A stretch of DNA of 64,000 bases, from sequence record DRR723986_2444; one strand, written 5' to 3'. The position numbers and the translations under genes are program-made. The notes beneath the pieces were generated by a model. That model searched no databases. It was not told the origin of the DNA and was given only the letters and a program-made list of their open reading frames with translations. This document shows, one piece after another, positions 30,026 to 38,861 of the stretch. Positions within the stretch are counted from its first letter, which is position 1; each line of letters starts with the position of its first letter.

Positions 30026-30192
30026 AGTGCTGTGGCCTCCGTATTAGTTAGGGTCGATTAAGGAGAGGAATCATCGACCCTTGGCGTCATGCACGAGTAT
30101 TTCGGTTTCGGAGATGGTTACTCATTCTCGCGAGGACGTCTGTTAGGGTAAACCGAAATACACGTCCTTCGTCCACCTACTATAGACCGCAA

Positions 30193-30915
30193 CTACGGTT
30201 GTTGCATGGTGTCTAAGCGCTGGGCCAGCTGTGCATTGAAGCGCATGATTCTCTCGGCGTTCGCGCCGAGATCACCCTTGCCAACGCGTGATACGGAGCG
30301 CAAGTCGATTTTGCTGCCACCCTCGGTTTCTTGCAGCCGGATGACGATGTCGTCGGTAAAGCCAAACCAGAAACTTCGGCTTGTTGCCTCTATGTGGCCG
30401 GGTTGTTGGTAGTGTATTTCCCAGCCCATGTCCTGCGCGGTGATGATGCAGAGCTGCTGAGCGCGATCCAGCGGCAAGGCAGTGGTAATACCTGCGAGAT
30501 CTGGGTAGGCCGCGCGCTGTATGTCAGCGACCTCTTGGGTGTAGCGCAGCGGGTTGTCGCTCGGCTTGCGTAACGACGCTGCTGCAATGAAGCTCGGCGG
30601 TGACACCAGGTCAGTACTGATGTTGTGGATCAGAGGGCGATTACTGCCGGAAAGGATATTGAAGGCCATAAAACTGATGGCGGGTAGCGCGAGAACGGCG
30701 GCGCGGCTAAGCCTTTTTTGATCATTTGCATCTTTGCAGCGACGGCTAAATAGGGCGGATAGTGTGATGGCGCTTAGCGAGAAAAGTGCCGAAGCGGCAA
30801 AAATCAGCAGCCCCACTCTAAAATGGGCGAGGTCGGCGCGCACGGTAACGGCGCTTGCTACCAGCATGATCAGTGATAAATAGGCGAGCCTCTCGGCCAG
30901 ATAGACGATGCGCAT
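30193..30915 (-). CDS. DUF1499 domain membrane protein
   Basis: Three TMs, then IHNISTD, QRAAYPDL, FWFGFTDDIVIR, DLRSVSRVGKGDLGANAERI. Confidence 0.88.
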   Translation of the reverse strand: MRIVYLAERLAYLSLIMLVASAVTVRADLAHFRVGLLIFAASALFSLSAITLSALFSRRCKDANDQKRLSRAAVLALPAISFMAFNILSGSNRPLIHNISTDLVSPPSFIAAASLRKPSDNPLRYTQEVADIQRAAYPDLAGITTALPLDRAQQLCIITAQDMGWEIHYQQPGHIEATSRSFWFGFTDDIVIRLQETEGGSKIDLRSVSRVGKGDLGANAERIMRFNAQLAQRLDTMQQP

Positions 30916-31151
30916 TGTGTCTCCCGTGTCGCAGAATAGGTGGCTAGCACGCTGAGCGTAGTCGATACAAAGGATAATTAAAATGACTTGCAGGCGGTGT
31001 TTTTGCCACTGAATTCTTACCAAAGCGTAATTGCGTCGCGCTATGTTTTTTCACGATAGCGTGATTTACTGTTCTGGTTATAGATGTGTAACTCATCGCC
31101 AGTGGGCCGCTCCACTGGCGAGACTAATTTAAGAAGAAAGAGGTTTTTACG

Positions 31152-31928
31152 ATGGGTAGAGTCGCCGGGAAAGTCTGCATTGTGACAGGCGCTGCAAGTG
31201 GAATGGGTAAAGCTGACGCAATCATGCTGGCCGCTGAGGGCGCGAATGTCGTGCTGACCGATCTCAATGAAAAAGATGGCCAAGCAGTGGCCGAACAGAT
31301 CGGTGAGAAAGCGATATTTATCAAGCACGATGTGAGCAGTGAAGCGGATTGGCAAAATGTTGTGAATACCGCTGTGGAGACGTTCGGCCGCTTGGACGTG
31401 TTGGTAAATAACGCTGGCATGATGGCTCTGGGCAACATTGTAGAGTGCAGTTTGGAAGACTATCGCCGGGTAAACTCGGTAAATAGCGAAGGGGTATTCC
31501 TCGGTTGTAAAACGGCGATTCCCGCTATGGAAGCCAGCGGCAATGGCGGTTCGATTATTAACATGTCTTCAGTGGCGGCACTGCACGGTATGTCTTTCGT
31601 TGCTGCCTACAGTGCCAGTAAAGGCGCTGTGGCTGCATTGACTAAGGCAGTGGCGCTGTATTGCCGAGAAAAACGCAACGGTATTCGATGCAACTCCATT
31701 CATCCCGATGGCGTGAAAACCCCGATGGTATTCAAAGTTGCCACCGGTGCTGAAACCGCTAGCCGCGAGGAGATTGAGTCCTTGTCTACCGAGGCAAACC
31801 CAATGTGTGAGCCCGAGGATATTGCCGCGTTGGTAACTTACCTGGCCTCGGATGAGTCTCGTTTTGTCAACGCCGCAGAAATGCTGATCGACAACGCCGC
31901 TACGGCAACGCCACCCATCGGTATTTAA
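31152..31928 (+). CDS. SDR family oxidoreductase (hydroxysteroid/cyclic alcohol dehydrogenase-like)
   Basis: TGAASGMG, VNNAG, YSASKG, RCNSIHPDG. Confidence 0.93.
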   Translation: MGRVAGKVCIVTGAASGMGKADAIMLAAEGANVVLTDLNEKDGQAVAEQIGEKAIFIKHDVSSEADWQNVVNTAVETFGRLDVLVNNAGMMALGNIVECSLEDYRRVNSVNSEGVFLGCKTAIPAMEASGNGGSIINMSSVAALHGMSFVAAYSASKGAVAALTKAVALYCREKRNGIRCNSIHPDGVKTPMVFKVATGAETASREEIESLSTEANPMCEPEDIAALVTYLASDESRFVNAAEMLIDNAATATPPIGI

Positions 31929-31950
31929 TTTAGCAAGGGGCTCTCTGCCA

Positions 31951-32646
31951 ATGCGCAAGATACAAATTTTTTTGTGGGCCTCTGGGTCTGCCGAGGACTT
32001 TTTTGACCGTGTATTGGCGGATGTTCCGCCCGCGCTGCTGGCGCTGGAGGGGCTGAGCCGCCTGCAACTAAACCTTGCCGATGGCGACGTAGCGGCGGCC
32101 GCTGAAAAGCGTATCGCCAGCGACGGCGTGGCACTATTTGATGCAATGTGTAGTTTTTATTGCGAGGCTGATGAAACGCTTGATCAAGCCATAGCGGTGC
32201 TCGCAAACGTGGCGGCTAAGGTTGCGGTGTATCAGGTGGAGGCAGAAGAGCCTCTACGAAATACCCGGTATCCGGTTGCAGCTGGGCAGCGCACCCCGGG
32301 TTTTAGTCAGGTGGCACTGCTGCGTTGTCCCGAATTTCTGACATACGAGCAGTGGTTGGGCTACTGGAAAAATACCCACACCCAAATTGCCATCGACACA
32401 CAGTCCACCTTTCGCTACGTGCAAAATCGTGTGGTGTCGGGGCTGAACGAGGACGGTGGCGCCTATCAGGCGATCGTCGAAGAGTGCTTTCCTGCTGAGG
32501 CAATGACCAGTGCAGAGGCGTTCTACAACGCAGATGGCCAGCCCGAGCTCTGCCAGCAGCGTATGCAAGCCATGCTGGAGAGTTGCGCGAAGTTCATCGA
32601 CTTTAACGAAATCGATGTTCAGCCCACCAGTGAGTACTGTTTTTAA
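31951..32646 (+). CDS. EthD-like (dimeric alpha-beta barrel) protein
   Basis: W...H...YVQNRV...AIVEECF pattern typical of EthD-domain proteins. Confidence 0.65.
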   Translation: MRKIQIFLWASGSAEDFFDRVLADVPPALLALEGLSRLQLNLADGDVAAAAEKRIASDGVALFDAMCSFYCEADETLDQAIAVLANVAAKVAVYQVEAEEPLRNTRYPVAAGQRTPGFSQVALLRCPEFLTYEQWLGYWKNTHTQIAIDTQSTFRYVQNRVVSGLNEDGGAYQAIVEECFPAEAMTSAEAFYNADGQPELCQQRMQAMLESCAKFIDFNEIDVQPTSEYCF

Positions 32647-32662
32647 CCCACGCCGTGGCGGC

Positions 32663-33472
32663 TCAATCTTCTTTGGGTAGTTGTTTTAATATGGACTCGA
32701 GCTTGTCTGCCAAAAAGCGGCTTGCCGCGTAGTCCATGGCCCGACCTAGTTCCGCATCTACTACAATTTGAGCGAGGGGGCGCAGGCGCCATACTAACTC
32801 GGCAATTTGCGGAAACTCCTCTTTGGGCGGAAGGGGCTGTTCACCGTAGGGCTCGAGCACATGCTGAGTGACCAGTTTTACAAAGGAGTCTGCGACGGGC
32901 TGAACCTTGCCCCGCATTAGGGTGAGGATCTCCAGCAGATCCTCGAGTGGAATACCGGTTTTACACAACTCCTGGGCGACCTTAAGGGTGTTCATACTGG
33001 TCACCCGCAGTTGCGCGCCGTTGACCGAAAATAAGTCCAACTCAGCCGCTTTTTTTATTGCTGTCGGCGTCAGTTTGGTGCCAAACATTTTTACCATTTC
33101 GGTCATTGGCAGGTTGATTGGGTCTTCCTTTCCCCAGGGCGAATTTATCGCCGACTCCATTCCCAGTACTTCACTCAGGCCAATGCCTTGCTCCATTGCC
33201 GAGAGCAGTTCCCTGATTGAGGAGAGGGTATAGCCACGCTCCAACAGGTTACTAATTAGTCGCAGTCGCGAGAGGTGCTGGTTGTTGTAAATGCCTTTGC
33301 GGCCGCGCAGCGCGGGTGGTGGCAGGACACCGCGGTCCTGATAGGCGCGGATGTTGCGAACGGTGGTGTTCGCCGCCAAAGCCAACTCCTCAACACTGTA
33401 TTCACGTTGCTCACTGTCGCTCGTGGCATTGGCCTCCGCCCCTTGGGGCAGGTATTGAGCGATGTTGTTCAT
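32663..33472 (-). CDS. MerR-family HTH transcriptional regulator
   Basis: YSVEELALAANTTVRNIRAYQDRGVLPPP...GIYNNQHLSRLRLISNLLERGYTL; start placed at MNN. Confidence 0.9.
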   Translation of the reverse strand: MNNIAQYLPQGAEANATSDSEQREYSVEELALAANTTVRNIRAYQDRGVLPPPALRGRKGIYNNQHLSRLRLISNLLERGYTLSSIRELLSAMEQGIGLSEVLGMESAINSPWGKEDPINLPMTEMVKMFGTKLTPTAIKKAAELDLFSVNGAQLRVTSMNTLKVAQELCKTGIPLEDLLEILTLMRGKVQPVADSFVKLVTQHVLEPYGEQPLPPKEEFPQIAELVWRLRPLAQIVVDAELGRAMDYAASRFLADKLESILKQLPKED

Positions 33473-33654
33473 GGTGTCTTCGGGGAAATGCATTGGCTTT
33501 TTGCTGCTCGGACTGGGTTGAAGGCTTGGCAGGCGTACATGAGCTGCCATGAAAATCTATTCTAATCAAAGGCTTGAGTAATTTCAGCCTCGGGTGCATG
33601 TCGGTACTGCACAAAAATACCGTCACTGTGTTGACAAGGCGACGGTCGCCATTT

Positions 33655-33693
33655 ATGTTTCATCAAATAATGTAACATAATAAATTGCAACAT
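33655..33693. promoter_or_regulatory. Candidate operator: three ATGTNACAT-like boxes at 15-bp spacing
   Basis: ATGTTTCAT (33655), ATGTAACAT (33670), TTGCAACAT (33685). Confidence 0.6.
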
Positions 33694-33707
33694 AAGGGCG
33701 TGTCATA

Positions 33708-36182
33708 ATGGGTAGTTTTAGCATATTACGCGCGGGCGGCATAGCGCTGGCCTGCGCCGTTCCGGTGTCTTCGTTTGCGGCGAAACTTGAGGAGGTGCTA
33801 GTCACTGCCCAGCATCGCGAGCAAAGTTTGCAAGATGTGCCCGTTTCCGTGAGCGCCATCGGCGGCGAAAAAATGCTCGAAGCGGGCATTAACCGCATGG
33901 AAGACCTGCAGGCCTACGTCCCCAATCTTACCGTCACTGAAAGTGGTATCAGCACCGATATCTACGTGCGTGGTATCGGCACCGGCATGAACCAGGGGTT
34001 CGAGCAGTCGGTAGGGATGTATGTAGACGGTATTTATTATGGGCGCGCCCAGTTAGCCCGCGCGCCTTTTCTCGACCTTGCGCGCGTTGAAGTGTTGCGC
34101 GGCCCGCAAAATATTCTGCAGGGCAAGAATAGTATTGCCGGGGCGATCAATATTATTACAGCGTCGCCCGGCGATGAGCTTGAGGGGCTGTTCTCCGCGC
34201 TTTACGAACCAGAATTTGATGAGAAAGTGGTTGATGTGATGTTGTCGGGGCCAATTACCGACAATTTTGGTTTGCGGTTTTCTGCGCGCTTGCGGGAGTT
34301 TGGTGGCTACATGGAAGACCTCAATTTAGATATTGAGGGGCCTCAGTACGACCAGGCCACGTTTCGCTTGAAGGGCACCTGGGATGTGACTGACCAGTTG
34401 CGCGCCGAATTAAAATACGAGCGGGGCAAGTTTGACACCGTGGGGCGTCACGCTGAGATCATCAACGATGAACCTTCGACGTCGAGCAACTTTGTCTTGG
34501 CGGGGCGCACTCAATCGGAAATTCTTGATCGCAGCTTTTATCCTCCTTTTTTGGACGTTGATACCGACGACTCGGTTCGAAATAACTATCTCGACTACAA
34601 GGGGCACTCCAACGGGAATTACAGCAATAACGACACCAATAACCTGACGCTGAATGTCAGCTGGGTTAGCCCGGATGGTCATGAATTTCGGTCTATCACA
34701 GGGATTCTCGATTACCAGTACAACGACTTGTGCGACTGCGATGCCACTGCCGCAGAGTTGTTTAAGTTTGAGATGGAAGAGGACTACCGTCAGGTCAGTC
34801 AGGAGTTTCGCTGGGTCTCTCCCGGTGGGGAGTTTGTGGATTATATCGCCGGGGTGTATTTCCAGCAGAACGACTTACTATTCAATGATGAGTTAATTCA
34901 AGACTCGAATCTGGTGGTAGAGCTGTTAAATGCCGCCGACTTCATAGAGGGCGGTGCCAGGGGCGATCTCGACCCCTTAACACTGGCTGCAGACCCCTAC
35001 GAAATCCTGGGTTTTGGTGATGCGGGGAATGCTATTAGAGACATTAAAGGCCCCCGGGAATTTACCAGTAAATCCAAAATTGCCTCGGCGTTCCTGCAGG
35101 CAACTGTCAACCTGCACGATACCTTGCGGCTAACCCTCGGTGGCCGCTATACCTATGAAAACAAGAAGGGAAGCAGAAAGCTGACTATTACGGATCTTGA
35201 TGGCAATGAATTGCCGCAGGGTGAGGTCGACACGGTGGCAGCAATCACCTTTGCGATGGAGCGCCATGACTTACAGGGCGAGCGCAGCGAAAGCCAGTTT
35301 TCGCCGCTGATAAATGTGCAGTGGGACTATTCCGATAAGGGCATGGCATATTTCACGGCGACAAAAGGCTTCAAGGCAGGGGGCTTTGATGCGCGCTCTA
35401 ACCAAACGCCAGAAGCTGAATTGACCTATCGCAACCCCAACGCACTTGCACCGAATCAAACCATTCTCGAGGGCACCTTCGAATACGATGAAGAGGAGGC
35501 CCTGAGTTATGAGTTGGGCCTGAAAACCGGCCTGTTTGACGGTGCGGCAGAGTTTAATATTGCCGCGTTCTACACCGAATACAGCGACCTGCAGATCAGT
35601 ATTTTTGATGGCAGCATCGGCTTCCAAGTGGGGAATGCCAAGGAGGCTGTGACCATGGGTATCGAGATGGACGGTCGCTGGCAGGTTACAGACTATCTCA
35701 CTCTCGGGGGGGCGCTGGCCTTGCTCGATTTTGAATTCAAAGATTTCCAAAATGGCCAGTGTCGCCAGGACCAAGCGCCCGACGCACCCAATGGCCGCGA
35801 CTGCGATTATACCGGGTGGTCGAACCAGTATGTGGCGGATTGGTCGGGTACCTTTATTGTGGGTTACGTTCGACCTATCAGTCCCACCATCGGCATTGGC
35901 GCTTCGCTGGATGTCATTTTCACCGATAAATACAACCCTTCCAGCAACCTTGACCCGCGCGTTGAGCAAGAGGGTTTCTACAAATTCAATGGCCGTTTGG
36001 GCGTGGGGGCCATTGACCAAAGTTGGGAGCTGGCGCTGGTTGGCAAAAACCTGACGGATGAGGTGATTGTCGTCTATGCCGCCGATACCCCACTTGCCAA
36101 GACACTGTTTGGCACGACCAGTCACACAGGGTTTATTGAGGCTCCGCGTTCAGTTGCCCTGCAATTCAGTTACCGCCTGTGA
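33708..36182 (+). CDS. TonB-dependent receptor
   Basis: Signal peptide, TonB box LEEVLVTAQHRE, plug motif RVEVLRGPQ, C-terminal QFSYRL. Confidence 0.96.
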   Translation: MGSFSILRAGGIALACAVPVSSFAAKLEEVLVTAQHREQSLQDVPVSVSAIGGEKMLEAGINRMEDLQAYVPNLTVTESGISTDIYVRGIGTGMNQGFEQSVGMYVDGIYYGRAQLARAPFLDLARVEVLRGPQNILQGKNSIAGAINIITASPGDELEGLFSALYEPEFDEKVVDVMLSGPITDNFGLRFSARLREFGGYMEDLNLDIEGPQYDQATFRLKGTWDVTDQLRAELKYERGKFDTVGRHAEIINDEPSTSSNFVLAGRTQSEILDRSFYPPFLDVDTDDSVRNNYLDYKGHSNGNYSNNDTNNLTLNVSWVSPDGHEFRSITGILDYQYNDLCDCDATAAELFKFEMEEDYRQVSQEFRWVSPGGEFVDYIAGVYFQQNDLLFNDELIQDSNLVVELLNAADFIEGGARGDLDPLTLAADPYEILGFGDAGNAIRDIKGPREFTSKSKIASAFLQATVNLHDTLRLTLGGRYTYENKKGSRKLTITDLDGNELPQGEVDTVAAITFAMERHDLQGERSESQFSPLINVQWDYSDKGMAYFTATKGFKAGGFDARSNQTPEAELTYRNPNALAPNQTILEGTFEYDEEEALSYELGLKTGLFDGAAEFNIAAFYTEYSDLQISIFDGSIGFQVGNAKEAVTMGIEMDGRWQVTDYLTLGGALALLDFEFKDFQNGQCRQDQAPDAPNGRDCDYTGWSNQYVADWSGTFIVGYVRPISPTIGIGASLDVIFTDKYNPSSNLDPRVEQEGFYKFNGRLGVGAIDQSWELALVGKNLTDEVIVVYAADTPLAKTLFGTTSHTGFIEAPRSVALQFSYRL

Positions 36183-36216
36183 GCGCCGAGCGGCGCACGC
36201 TGAAAGAGGACAGATA

Positions 36217-36897
36217 ATGATGACGTTGATGAAGAAGTTTACCGGCGCCGAGTGGCTGGCCGCAGTGTGTTTGATGATGCTGGCTACATTCAGCCACGCC
36301 GCAGAGTGGCGCGAAGAAAAGCGCGAGCAGGGGATAGCGGTATTTACCCGTGAGGTGGCGAACTCCGCTTTCAGGGAATTTCGCGGTGAGGCAAAGGTGG
36401 ACGCGGAGATTAACCAGATTATGGCAGTGCTCGATGATACGGAGGCCTTTACCGAGTGGATGTACAACTGCCGGCAGGCGGTATTACTCCATAAGTCGTC
36501 GCTGTTGGATCGCTATCAATACTTATTAAATGATTTCCCTTGGCCTGCCGCTGATCGCGAAATGCTAATTCGCAATCAAATTAGTCAGGACCCGGCAACC
36601 AGAGTGACGCGAATTAGCCTGGAAAGTGTCGCCGAGGATGAGCTGCCGGCGAGCAGTCGGGACGCTGTTCCAAAGGCCAAAGGTGTTAAGCGGGTTACCG
36701 CGTTGCGTGGGTTCTTTGAATTAACGCCGCAAGAAGATGGCACAACAAGCGTGGTGTTTCAGCTGCATCTGGACCCTGCCGGCGGCCTGCCCTCTGGCCT
36801 GGTTAATAGCCTGATTGTGGACAACCCGTTCGAGACCCTAAAGCAATTGCGCGTTGTCGTTCAGCAACCGCAATACCAGAATTTCAATCCGTTCTAG
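36217..36897 (+). CDS. Exported START/SRPBCC-domain lipid-binding protein
   Basis: Signal peptide; SAFREFRG, EWMYNC, FPWPAADRE, DPAGGLPSGLVN. Confidence 0.85.
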   Translation: MMTLMKKFTGAEWLAAVCLMMLATFSHAAEWREEKREQGIAVFTREVANSAFREFRGEAKVDAEINQIMAVLDDTEAFTEWMYNCRQAVLLHKSSLLDRYQYLLNDFPWPAADREMLIRNQISQDPATRVTRISLESVAEDELPASSRDAVPKAKGVKRVTALRGFFELTPQEDGTTSVVFQLHLDPAGGLPSGLVNSLIVDNPFETLKQLRVVVQQPQYQNFNPF

Positions 36898-36931
36898 CCC
36901 AGCGGGCCAGACAAAAAATAAGTCAAAATTA

Positions 36932-36981
36932 ATTTGACATAGATTGATGTAACATTAATTATACATCAAATGGTGTAACAT
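36932..36981. promoter_or_regulatory. Candidate operator: two pairs of ATGTNACAT-like boxes, each pair 15 bp apart
   Basis: ATTTGACAT (36932) with ATGTAACAT (36947); ATTATACAT (36958) with GTGTAACAT (36973). Confidence 0.6.
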
Positions 36982-37011
36982 AAATTGATGGCTCATCAGG
37001 AGGCGCAAACT

Positions 37012-37866
37012 ATGAAAACAACAGTGATGCCCGTAAGACGTAATTTAGAATTTAATCTCCCCGCAGACCGGGTTGGCGATTGGCATGCCAAAGGGGTTCA
37101 TGTCAGTCATTTCTTTAATGCGATGTCGCTGTTTTTTCCCGACGGTGAGCGCTTCTTTATCGACAGCGTGCGTGCGTATCGTGATGAGGTGACCGACCCG
37201 GAACTGAAAGAGGCAGTGCGCGGCTTTATTGGTCAGGAAGCGATGCACGGCCGCGAACATGAAGACTATAACGATGCCCTGGAGCAGCGGGGCATGCCGG
37301 CAAAGCGCAACTCACGGATTGTGCTTGGCCTGCTAAACATTACCCGAAAGATTGAAGGGCGCGCCGGGCAGTTGGCAATCACAATTGCCCTGGAACACCT
37401 AACCGCAATCTTAGCTGATATTGTCTTGCGAGAGCCGCGCACACTGGCGGGTTCAGAGCCGCGCTTTGCCGCTATGTGGCGCTGGCACGCCTTGGAAGAA
37501 ACCGAGCACAAGGCCGTTGCCTTCGATGTTTATCAGCAAGTGGTCGGCAAGGGGCCGTTGGCGTATTTTCGTCGCTGCCTCGCCTTGATCGTTGCCACGC
37601 TGGTGTTCTGGGTGATGGTGATTCCCATCCACATTGGCATGGTGGCCCGAGAGGGCAAGCTATTTAGCCTGACGGGCTGGCTGGGTGCATTTAATTTTCT
37701 GTGGGGCTCGCCGGGTACATTGCGCCGGGTTATTCCGGATTGGCTCGATTTCTTTAAGCCAGGCTTTCACCCCTGGGATCACGACAATCGCCGTTATCTA
37801 GAGACCGTTGATGAACTGGTCGCCGAAGTCGAAGGTTATGGCAAAGCAGCCGGAGCGGCCGCGTGA
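37012..37866 (+). CDS. Predicted metal-dependent hydrolase family protein (ferritin-like ExxH motifs)
   Basis: FPDGERFFI, GQEAMHGREH, ALEHLTA, WHALEETEHKAVAFD, PGFHPW. Confidence 0.85.
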   Translation: MKTTVMPVRRNLEFNLPADRVGDWHAKGVHVSHFFNAMSLFFPDGERFFIDSVRAYRDEVTDPELKEAVRGFIGQEAMHGREHEDYNDALEQRGMPAKRNSRIVLGLLNITRKIEGRAGQLAITIALEHLTAILADIVLREPRTLAGSEPRFAAMWRWHALEETEHKAVAFDVYQQVVGKGPLAYFRRCLALIVATLVFWVMVIPIHIGMVAREGKLFSLTGWLGAFNFLWGSPGTLRRVIPDWLDFFKPGFHPWDHDNRRYLETVDELVAEVEGYGKAAGAAA

Positions 37867-38861
37867 ACACCTTAGCGGTGCCAATTTCCGATGAGGCGGA
37901 TGTGCTGCTGCAAATGCAGCAGCAGTTTCTGGCTGGCCCGCTTGCTCAGCACGATGCGGCAGTGCTTTCTGCCTGGCAGCCAAAGTCACGTTCGCTGTGG
38001 CGCTATTTTCAGCCAATCATGGCGCTGCGAGCAGGGATGCGTCAGGCGGTCTCGATCATTGATGGTCACCGTGTTCATTACTGGGTAGGCGGACAGGCGG
38101 AAGGGCCTACCATGCTGTTACTGCATGGCTTTGGTGCCAGTCGCGAAAACTGGGCGTTTTTATTGCCGAGACTGGCGCAGACGTTTCGCTTATTGGTGCC
38201 CGATTTACCGGGTTTTGGTGTCAGCGAATTCCGCTACGGTGCTGAGTATGCACTGAGTACTCAAGCGGACAGAATGGCGGCATTCCTGGCTAAACAAGGG
38301 GGTGGCCCTGCCTACGTGGTAGGCAGTTCAATGGGTGGGGCAATCGCCGCGCAACTGGCGGCTCGCCATGCAGAATCCGTGGCGGCGCTGTGCCTAATGA
38401 ATGCAGCCGGTGCCCCCGGTAGCAGAATGAGCGTGCTGGAAAGTGGCTTGGCCGCCGGGCGCAACTACCTTGCGCCAAAACAACACAGCGACACCGCCAA
38501 GGTAATGGCGATTTGCCTACACCGCCGTCACCGGCTAATGGGGATGGGGTTAGCCTGGGCAATGGCCGGAGAAATGTGTCATCGCCACCCCGTGAATCAG
38601 TATCTTTTCGAGTCTCTCGTGACGTCATTGCACGATACATGGTGTTGTCTGCAGGGGATATCAGCACCAACGCTGGTGTTGTGGGGCGATAGCGACCGGG
38701 TACTTGATGTGAGTTGCAGTGACGCTTTTCGGCAGCAAATTCCCCAGAGCCACGTGATGTTGATGCCGGGCGTTGGTCACCTACCGATGTTGGAGGAACC
38801 CGCGGCGACGGCGAATGTGCTTCGTGATTTTTGGGTCGGCAAAATGGAACTATCACTATGA
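37863..38861 (+). CDS. Alpha/beta hydrolase (lipase/esterase)
   Basis: LLHGFG, PDLPGFG, GSSMGG, WGDSD, GHLPMLE. Confidence 0.9.
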   Translation: MNTLAVPISDEADVLLQMQQQFLAGPLAQHDAAVLSAWQPKSRSLWRYFQPIMALRAGMRQAVSIIDGHRVHYWVGGQAEGPTMLLLHGFGASRENWAFLLPRLAQTFRLLVPDLPGFGVSEFRYGAEYALSTQADRMAAFLAKQGGGPAYVVGSSMGGAIAAQLAARHAESVAALCLMNAAGAPGSRMSVLESGLAAGRNYLAPKQHSDTAKVMAICLHRRHRLMGMGLAWAMAGEMCHRHPVNQYLFESLVTSLHDTWCCLQGISAPTLVLWGDSDRVLDVSCSDAFRQQIPQSHVMLMPGVGHLPMLEEPAATANVLRDFWVGKMELSL

